From NCBI GenBank assembly GCA_951406725.2, contig OX597816.1:135594001-135658000 (forward strand): 64,000 nt of DNA, read 5' to 3'. The position numbers and the translations under genes are program-made. Origin of the DNA: Octopus vulgaris (lineage: Eukaryota). Under the pieces are notes generated by a model. The model had not been told where the DNA came from. It made no database searches and saw only the letters and a list, made by a program, of their open reading frames with translations. Below are positions 54,825-64,000 of the stretch, in pieces; the first letter of the stretch is position 1; every line of letters begins with the position of its first letter.

Positions 54825-55905
54825 ATAGAATAAGAATAGACTAGGTAAAGTTCAGAAAGCTCCTAGTTCTGCTGGCAACAAAGGGCCTCTCGCTCAGAGA
54901 GAAAGGTAGACTGTATGATGCATGTGCCATGCTACACGGCAGTGAAACATGGGCCATGACTGCTGAGGACATGTGTAGGCTTGAAAGAAATGAAGCTAGT
55001 ATGAGCTACTGGATGTGTAATGTCAGTGCAACACGACTATACCAACACAGTTGTCTCTCTTTTGCACACCACATCTGATGCTTCTTATGTCCAACTTTTC
55101 TCTCAGGGAACTTACACTGTTGTGTATGAACACTAAGTTCCCTGAGAGAAAAGTTGGACATAAGAAGCATCAGATGTGGTGTGCAAAAGAGAGACAACTG
55201 TGCTGGTATAGTCGTGTTGCATATGGATTAGGACAGCTGTGTGAAGAAGTCACACCCTAAGAGTGGAGGGAAACTGTGGAAGAGGTAGACCCAGGAAGAC
55301 ATGGGATGAGGTGGTGAAGCATGACCTTTGAGCATTAGGCCTCACAGAGGCAGTAACAGAGACCAAGACCTTTGGAGATATGCTTTGATTGCGAAGACCC
55401 GGAAAGTAAAGTGAGATTGCAGCCAAGGCCGATGCCAGTGTTACATAACCGGGCAATGTGATGTGCTTGAGAAGACCTGTTGAGTCAAGTGAAATAAAAA
55501 TCATAATCATGACTGGCACCCATGCTAGTGGCACATAATAAGCAACATTTGAGCATGGGTTAATGCTAGTGCCACCTGACTGGCTCCCCGTGCTGGTGAC
55601 ATGTAAAAAGCACCATGTGAACATGGTTGATGCCAGTGCCTCTTGACTGGCTCCCATATTGGTGGCACGTAAAAAGCATTATCTGAATGTGGTTGATGCC
55701 AGTGCCGCCTGACTGGCTCCCATGCCAGTGGCATGTAAAAAGCACCCACTACAATCTCAGAGTGCTTGGTGTTAGGAAGAGCATCCAGCTGTAGAAGCCT
55801 TTCCAGATCAGATTGGAGCCTGGTGCAACCTACTGGCTTGCTAGTCCTTAGTCAAACCATCCAACCCATGCCAGCATGGAAAGTAGATGTTAAACGGTGA
55901 TGATT
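54825..55905 (+). mobile_element. RTE-clade LINE copy with an internal inverted duplication
   Basis: Homologous to 21360-22557; hairpin at 55027-55221. Confidence 0.88.
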
Positions 55906-56486
55906 ATGAAAGATTGTGTTTGAAATCGACACTCTAGTCTTAAGATATTTTCATGAGTGCCAATTCTAAATTCTCTACTAAATAGTAATTTAGGATGGAG
56001 TGTTTTGATGATTGGCTACAGGAACTGCATACTTCTCATTGAATTTAACACTGATCCTGAAGATATTTTTAGCACTCTTATGCATTGTCTGATAAGCTAT
56101 CAAATTACCAATATTTTGCTTTTCCATTGTTCACTAAACTACAACATAACAATTCCTTAAATGTATCTTTGAAGTTGTGCAAAGCAAAATATTAGATTTG
56201 TTATAAATTAGAAAATATACCTAGTAGGGAAAAAATAAAAATATACCTAACTTAAAAGGTCATATAAGGTATAACAGTTTCAGTTATTTTTAGGGAAAAG
56301 CAAGGAAAAGAAAGAAGATTTTCAATAAAGTGTGTCTTTATTATTACCCTGCACGCATAAGTAAAAGCAGTGTATTGTAACCACTCGTCTTTGTCTGTTT
56401 GTCTGCAAAATTACTGGAAAATGGCTGAAATACTCATTGAGTGAGCGGTTTGAAATGATGAACATTTGGTTTGATTATCATTAAAA

Positions 56487-56525
<39 letters not shown>

Positions 56526-56555
56526 GCGAGAAAGAAGCAACAAGAATGGATAGGT

Positions 56556-56646
56556 TTTTAGTACAATCGTTTCATACAAGGACAGGCTTTATTAAAAGTT
56601 GCAAAAATTACAGCATATAAACGTGTCCCGTACTCATCAGCTAAAA
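56556..56646 (-). ncRNA. Type I hammerhead ribozyme fold, inverted copy of 58030-58120
   Basis: Reverse complement of the + copy, inside the left arm of a 260-bp inverted repeat. Confidence 0.78.
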
Positions 56647-58029
56647 TACATGTGAGTTCTCTAGACATCCTATTGGTTGAGGCTATACTCATGAAGTAAT
56701 GTAGATAATTAAGTAACATAAACAGATTTCCAAAGTTCATTAAAGTTCTTTAAAGATGATGTACAGTCTTATCACAGAATTTTAAAAAAGTTTTAATAGC
56801 ATCACAGAGAAGGTGACCTAATCCATAGTGCACATATGAATTTCCAGAGATATGATGAGGGATTACATACTCACAGACGACAAATTTATCCATTGTTAAT
56901 CACAACGAGGTGGGTCTCAATTCCTGCTTATTAGCATTACAGAGAGGGTGAATTAATCCTTTGTATAGATGCACAATTTCCAATGGTGTAGATGTAAATT
57001 TCCAGAGAAATGAAGAGGAATTTCATATTCACAGGCGATAAATTTATCAATGGTTGAACACAATGAGGTAGGTATCAATTCTTGTTATATGATTAGGTAT
57101 TTGCCACATTAATCACATTACTGCTACTTACAAGAGGCTGTAGCTATTTAACTTTTAAAGGCTGAAGGGCTTTCTAGAGAGGCAAAGAATAGAAAAGGGA
57201 AGGGAATAGAAGAAAAGAGAGAAAATAAAGGAGGAGGGAGCAAAAAGGGGGGGGGCCTAAAAGAGAAGAGAAAAGGAAAAAGAGAATAGGAAGAAGAAAA
57301 AGAAAAAAGAGAAAAGAGAAAGAAATAGGGAAAGAAGGAAAAAAAGAAAGAAAAAAAGAGGGTTCTAGTTATACAGAAGAATTAGTAGACGGCAAGTCTG
57401 GTTTTAATTTACAGGCATCTAGGAACTAGAGGAGAATATTATTCTTTGACCAGTAAAACAGCTAATTTATTGCTGTTGAAATCAGCTATGAATTTAAAGA
57501 GAATCTAAAGAGATAACACAGTCAGGGGTTTAGGGGTCAGATGCTAAAATCAAAAGAAAATACATTAGGAAAATCTAAGTATAATCTTATCAAAAAGTCA
57601 TTAAAGTTTACTTATTTAATTTATTCATTATATTGTCTTAAGGAGTTGCCTTTATTATTCATACAATGACGGACTACAGGTCAAATCTTAGAAGATCATT
57701 TACATGGTGTTAGGGGATTGTCTATCATAATGAAGATAATCATATTATCACCGAGGGAGTAGCCTTATTTATTTAATTTTGAAATAGAATTATGGGGCTA
57801 TAGTAACTCATTTTATTTTATTAGAGTTATGCTACTTAAATTAGATTAAGTTAGGAATTAAAATTAAAAATTACAATTAAGATTTAAAAATTAAAATTCT
57901 GTGATAAGACTGTACATCATCTTTAAAGAACTTTAATGAACTTTGGAAATCTGTTTATGTTACTTAATTATCTACATTACTTCATGAGTATAGCCTCAAC
58001 CAATAGGATGTCTAGAGAACTCACATGTA

Positions 58030-58120
58030 TTTTAGCTGATGAGTACGGGACACGTTTATATGCTGTAATTTTTGCAACTTTTAATAAAGCCTGTCCTTGT
58101 ATGAAACGATTGTACTAAAA
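58030..58120 (+). ncRNA. Type I hammerhead ribozyme fold (Penelope-like, minimal stem III)
   Basis: Stem I TTTTAG/CTAAAA; core CTGATGA 58036-58042; long stem II GTACGGGACA/TGTCCTTGTAT; GAAA 58103-58106; stem III AC-GATT-GT; cleavage triplet GUA 58112-58114. Confidence 0.8.
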
Positions 58121-60379
58121 ACCTATCCATTCTTGTTGCTTCTTTCTCGCTTATAATCACCCCACATTACTGTATTGTTAAAACAGTATAGTTTTTTTTG
58201 GTGCATCTAAGTTAGGTACCATATTCAAGTAAATTCATTTAAATTAACTTGAATCTTTATTGCTTTTTGTATATATATATATATATGTATATATAAACAA
58301 CTGAACTTACAAATTTCCCGATAAGCAAGTAGTCGTATTATTTTGTTCACTTTCTTTTCCATATGAATCGACCCTTGCCTGCATATGTATAGATCATGGT
58401 GTACTTGTGCACGTAGACATGTGTGGGTTCATACATACATAGATATGCAACTCTGTTAGTGTGTGTGTACACTGATGGATTTGAGGGGTTCGTTTTTTTA
58501 CGACTTGATTTCTTAATTTCACCAGAGTATAATGGTGATACTTAAAAGAAAAAAAAATTTTTGTAATTGAACTTACAAATTTCCCAGTAAGCAAGTGGTT
58601 ATATTAATTTGTTCACTTTCTTTTTCATATGAAGCCACCTTCGTCTGTGTGTGTATAGATCACAGTGTAGACACATGTGGGTACATGCATACATACATAA
58701 ATATACAACTGTGTGTGTGTGCGCATGTGTGTGTACACTGATGGGTTTGAGGGTTCCATTTATTTACAAGTTGATTTCTTAATTTCACCGGAATATAAAT
58801 ACCTATAATGGTGATAGTTAAAAAAAAAAATTAATTCAGTTCAATTAAATGCATGGGTAAGCAATGCAGTGTAAGCCACACTATAATTTGCGAAAAAATT
58901 TATCCATGCACAGGGTATGCATCACCACTCCAATGCCTTTTTTTTTCATCATATTTGTTTTTGTTTAGTATCTAATCACCCCTATTCAAACAGATCCGGA
59001 TCAATAGCATTCAAGTCACATGTATCGTTGGTTTTAACAATGACACAGTAACCTGGATCATATTATGCATGTCCTTTTTTTAAGACAGCATATGGTTTGA
59101 GAAAGATGAGTGATAATGTAGAGGCTATCTTATTGCCTCACTACTATTGTAGTCTTTTAATCTTATTTTATAATTTGACTTACAAAGTCCTATAATGTTA
59201 TTTACATAGGAAAAAAAACTTCAGCGACACTAACAAATATAGTCATTTTCATAAAAATATAACCATTGTAATAAGTCAAAGGCTTAGCTTTCATCTAGAA
59301 TCTCAAATTTTAATATTTCTAACCAAATATTCCCAAATATATTTGTAAATCTACATAGTAAGCTATAAATACATGTCAAATTTACCTGTAGATTGAAAAA
59401 ATGACTAACAGCCTTAATAGATTTTCGGCCCTTTTGGGGGATCACGTCAGGGGCCTACATCACTTGGCCAATCCCAGATGAATGGAACCTTTTAAGTTGC
59501 ATACTATAAGTGTTTAACACTATTTAATATCAGAGACCTGTCAATTTGTTTTATGATTATGATCAACATCATGATTCTTTGCTGTATAAATTGTTTACAT
59601 TAAATTAATATTGTTTAATTATGACAGCATTGTTTGTATTGTTCATGATCAACTTACTACTATTAACTTTTAACAAACATTATCTAGGAAACACATTATA
59701 ATGAAATGATAATTAGTAGAAACTTATAATGAAATAATTGTTAGATACACTGTGAGTCATTAAACTCCAGTGTATTTTATTGGATACTAATTAAAGGTGC
59801 ATGTATTTTGATGTAAGCTTAATGAAAAGATAACTAAATATGAAGTGTTTTAGGTACCTACAAAATTTTATATACTAGCTGAATTTGATTGGTTTTTTTT
59901 TAAAGTCTGTATCTTCTACATTGTAATTCATTACCTCAGTTACTAGTTTTCTTTGCCATGAATTTAGTATTGACTAAAATAAAAGTAACAATTTTATATG
60001 CTCTTTATATTATTAGTTATTTGTCACGTTGAAGCAGTTACTCTTCTGATATCAACTTATCTTAGACCATCATTGGTCCTATTATATGGACTTCTTGTTT
60101 TATAGTGATCTCAACTAAATCCCTCCAACAAAATTTCATGTTAATTTATGTTTCAAACCTCCAGCTTAATAATGGCTAAGTTCATCATCATCATCATCAT
60201 ATTTTATTAAATTATTCATTATTTTCAGAATTATTTTAAACAAAAGCAGTATATTTCAACAAAAATATGATAACAAAAGGCTTAAAAATACTTCTTTATA
60301 TTTCTGATTTGTGTGATTCAAATATCTATTCTGTATTTTTTTGTATCAAAGATAACCAAATTTTCCTTGATTTATGTAG

Positions 60380-60677
60380 GGAAAAGTCAAAACAACTATC
60401 TGAACAAAATGCTGCTGTAGTGTGTTTGTTAGTGGCTGGAGTCCATGATGGGAGGAAAGAGGGTATTGGAGAGGAAAGAAGAGTTTTTTTGGACCAGTGG
60501 CAAAAGCTTGTCAACTCAGAGAATGATCAAAAGGAACGACTTGATAATGAATCAATTGTAAATGAAGGGAAAATTAAAACGAATCCAGAACTGTCAACAG
60601 ATGAGTCTACTTTATCTGAACAGATTGAAAGTCATACATCTAACAACATTAGTCAGGAAATTAACTCCAACAGTTGA
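60380..60677 (+). CDS. DUS2: DUS2 coding exon 14 (EKSKQLSEQNAAVVCL... to stop), dsRBD helix 2 plus acidic tail
   Basis: atgtAG acceptor; split codon TG+G gives W; matches the KSKKLAEQAAA dsRBD motif; TGA at 60675-60677. Confidence 0.94.
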
Positions 60678-60721
60678 CATATATGATATAAATAGATTCT
60701 TCTTTTATAATAATTTTTTTC

Positions 60722-60727
60722 AATAAA
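60722..60727 (+). promoter_or_regulatory. Candidate polyadenylation signal AATAAA of DUS2
   Basis: AATAAA 45 nt after the stop, with T/GT-rich sequence downstream (about 60775-60790). The AT-rich background makes this weak. Confidence 0.5.
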
Positions 60728-61492
60728 GTGACTCATGTATATCTTTAAGTAGTTATTTATTCAATTCTCTTACACTTTGTGTGTTGTTTGAAAATAAATA
60801 TATAAATTAATAACTTTTAGGAAACATTTCAAATGTTGATAGTGTTATCAAAATATAGGTAAATGCTTTGTATTCGGCACAAATGCCCAAAATATTATCA
60901 TTGTGCTCTCACAACAGGTATGTTGCTCCATTTGTATAAAGTCATTGAAAACAAACAACTATCTTACTTCATGGTTGAGTGGTTTCTGATTGGAAAACAC
61001 CTGTTTCAATATTTCATGTGACTAAGGCGGTAAGCTGGCAGAAATGTTAGCATGCCAGGTGAAATGCTTAGCAGTATTTCATCTGTCTTTATGTTCTGAG
61101 TTCAAATTCTGCCGAGGTTGACTTTGCCTTTCATCCATTCAGGGTTGGTAAATTAAGTACCAGTTGCATATTGGTGTCGATCTAATCAACTGACCCCCTT
61201 ACCCAAAATTTCAGGCCTTCTGCCTTGGGTAGGAAAGGATATTTCATGTGACTACTCAAAATTACCAAATCAATTAATCAACACCTTGGCTTGGCTTGAT
61301 GGAGCTGGGGTCATTCTAAGTTAGTGGTTCTATAGACATTTTGTGCCAGCCTATCTGCATCCTCCAAAGTGATGTTGAGGGTCTGCAAATCTTCCCCAAT
61401 CATGTCCAACCATGAGGCCTCTTCCAGCCTGCAGCTGCTGTGTCAAATCAGAATAAAGCCCTGGTAGGATGATCTAGCAGGAGACAGAGAAC

Positions 61493-61870
61493 ATGTCTGT
61501 ACCAGTGCATGCAACAGATAGCTATGAGATCTCCACTCTGTTTCAACAGCTCTGTAGCAGTACCAAGAGTTGCATGCAGGTGAATGGAAAGGACTCTGAT
61601 CGGTTCCCCATTAACAGCAAGGTTAGACAGGGCTGCATGGTTACTCTAACCTCTTCAACTGTGTCATTGGTTATCTGATGACCAAGGTGAGTGAGTCTCT
61701 GGCATTACCTTCAGGAACTACTACCTTACTGACCTTGGACAATGCGGATGATACCACTCTATTCAGCAACTCAATCGACCAGTTCAGGGATGCACTGACC
61801 ATTTATAAAGAAGAATCAGTAAAGCTTGGCCTTCAGGTGAGTTGGGTGAAGACCAAGCTAATCAACATCA
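61493..61870 (+). mobile_element. Degenerate RTE RT fragment
   Basis: FPINSKVRQGC, LDNADDTTL, KLGLQVSWVKTKL. Confidence 0.75.
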
Positions 61871-62346
61871 TGAAAAAATATATTCAAGCCTGTCTGACTT
61901 TATTGATTAATTGCTAGGCAGGAGTTAATGTGTTCATTGTTGGGAATTGCAAATTATTTGAATAAAAGCAAACTGTTTCTGAAAGAGAAAAAAATTACAT
62001 AAAAATATCTGAATAGTGTAAAAATAGAATCTCACTTATTGTTGAAATTGGTAAGAATTAAACTGGACATCATGGTCACTCTAATGTGGAGAACTTGGAT
62101 TATATCTTGATGGAGATATTGCTGCGGTGGAATTGACTAGAAAGAAAGGGATGGTTGGAGAAACTGGATAAAGTCATCATCTACGTTTTTATGTCTTTTT
62201 CTCTGCAAGCAGTAACCTATAGCCAGATGCCCTTTCTGATGTCAACCTGTGCTTGTTTTCAAGTAAAGTTATTTATTCTACTGTTCTTTGCATGTTGAAT
62301 TGCTTAGCTGTGAAGCACCACTACTCAAAAACATCTTCTCACACAT

Positions 62347-62393
<47 letters not shown>

Positions 62394-62708
62394 TGGTGCA
62401 GCCCCTCAGCTTACCAGCCCTGGTCAAACCATCCAACTCATGCCAGCATGGACGACAGATGCTAAATGATGATGATCACACACACACACACAAAATGGGC
62501 TTCTGTACAGTTTACATCCCACCAAATTTCACTTACAAAACACTGTTTAAGCCAAGGTTATTGTACAGTACTACTTGCTCAAGGTGCTGTGCTATGGGAT
62601 TGAACCTGAAACCATGTGGTTATGAATCAAACTTTTTAACCACACAGAGGAAGATGTACAAAAGAGACTGTCTGCTTTTTTTTTTTTTTTGGCATAATTA
62701 ATTATATC

Positions 62709-63381
62709 TCTCACCAATACCCATACCCTGTCTCAGACCTCGTGTTTCCTCACATATTTCTGACATCTTGTGTTGCTAATAAAATTAACTAAATAGTGAA
62801 AATATATAGATAAAAAGTTGTCTATGGAGGGAATTTAGAAGCAGAAACTCCTCAACATACTATGTATTTGGTTGTTGTTAGGTTTCAAAAATATCAATGA
62901 CTTTCTTTTTCTTTTTGCAATTGACACCTTTATGAGTACAAAATATTTGATTTAATGATTTGAGGTGAATATTATTTTTAGTTTGATATATTTGACATAA
63001 TTGTTGGAAATTTTCTAAATGGACTGGCTGAAGAAGATCTGCATTGATTTTTACCAACATTGAAGAGCCTATTGCTTTTGTAGGCCATCATAAACTAGTA
63101 AAATCAATGAAATTGATGTTCTTTTACAATTGTAAAGTTAATGGCTGCAGGAATAAATCCTAGACAGAGGGATTTAAAAAGGTTGGCAGAAAAGACTTGG
63201 AAAAGGGATTGATGCAAACTTGGTATGTGAATGCAATATGGCTGATGAGTCAGTCAGATGAGGCTGAGTGGAGGTGGCATAATCTCAGCCAGCTTGGAGG
63301 AGCAGAATCCACTGTAGCAGTAACAGAAAGGCATTGTGAGGAAACACGAGGTCTGTGAGACAGGGTATGGGTATTGGTGAG
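62709..63381. repeat. Inverted repeat pair, about 46-bp arms about 580 bp apart
   Basis: CTCACCAATACCCATACCCTGTCTCAGACCTCGTGTTTCCTCACA and its reverse complement with a 2-nt indel. Confidence 0.85.
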
Positions 63382-64000
63382 TGACTTCATGTCAATCAGT
63401 CAAGTGGTCTATTTTAAGTATATACTCCAAGATATCTATGCTGTGGGAGCACTGACTTCAGATTTGGGAACAGCATTCCATTGTGGGTCTCACTAATACT
63501 TTGTATAAAGTTAGTAATTGTTGGAAGCTGAAGTATCTTCTAGCCCTAAAGAAGACCAATCTTTGTGATACCGAGACTATGAGAGTGAAAGCAATAATAG
63601 TGAGGCCTGGCAGTTTTAGCTACTTTGTCGGTTCTAGTTGCATATTATTTGTTTGTTCATGTTTACAAAATTAATTGTCTGTTCCATTAGAGTACAGAAT
63701 TTTGTTTGGCTGTCAGGCCCTAAGTAATGCTTTTAACAGCATTTGAATTTCGACCTAAAGGAGAATGCTGTATTAATTTATTGTTCGTGCAGTAAGCTAT
63801 GAAATTCTTACATTCTCTTTATCTCTAGTAATTCAGATTACCAATTGTTTTCTTGATAATTGTACAAAGATACAATCATAATTGAGTTTTTGAGATCTCT
63901 GCAGGTTTGTTATGAGGTGTCTAGGTTGCATGTGGATGCCACTTAAGTGCAGAAGGTTGGGGGTAAGGTTAAGAATGGTATCATCTGTACAATGGTAAGT

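Larger units (their letters stand above)
56526..58150. mobile_element. Non-autonomous Penelope-like element/retrozyme with inverted 260-bp terminal repeats
   Basis: Arms 56526-56785 and 57891-58150 look identical in reverse complement (the ORF track shows the same 60-aa ORF on both strands). Each arm has a hammerhead; the left end abuts (TA)n. No RT or GIY-YIG ORF seen. Confidence 0.65.
56341..58945 (+). mobile_element. Helentron/HINE-like element hosting the hammerhead element
   Basis: Subterminal inverted repeat TACCCTGCA / TGCACAGGGTA, GTCT-like microsatellite near the 5' end, internal about 265-bp tandem duplication (58302-58560, 58569-58830), T-rich ends. Confidence 0.5.

Noticed and set aside
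56558-58118. Identical 60-aa ORF on both strands (MNFGNLFMLL...)
   Set aside because: By-product of the inverted repeat; no recognisable protein features.

Overview
AT-rich, microsatellite- and transposon-dense animal genomic DNA; the repeat landscape suggests an octopus/coleoid cephalopod (inference, no search run). One protein-coding gene is supported: a + strand DUS2 orthologue (tRNA-dihydrouridine(20) synthase, FMN TIM barrel plus C-terminal dsRBD). It has 14 GT-AG coding exons from 10496 to 60677 that splice in phase to 1551 nt (516 aa + stop). Introns hold tRNA-derived SINEs, RTE/CR1/Tx1-type LINE fragments, a decayed mariner, piggyBac/hAT/mariner MITEs, Helitron-like elements, a gypsy relic and a CpG-decayed initiator tRNA-Met copy. 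The most striking unexplained signal is in the last two introns. Each has a long, nearly perfect inverted repeat whose arms carry a Penelope-type type I hammerhead ribozyme fold. One has a canonical CUGAUGA/GAAA core (58030-58120, mirror 56556-56646). The other has a G3:C8-swapped core GUGAACA (49684-49734, mirror 49614-49664). In the pre-mRNA each sense ribozyme is preceded by its own antisense copy. All structures were read by eye; none was computed or tested.
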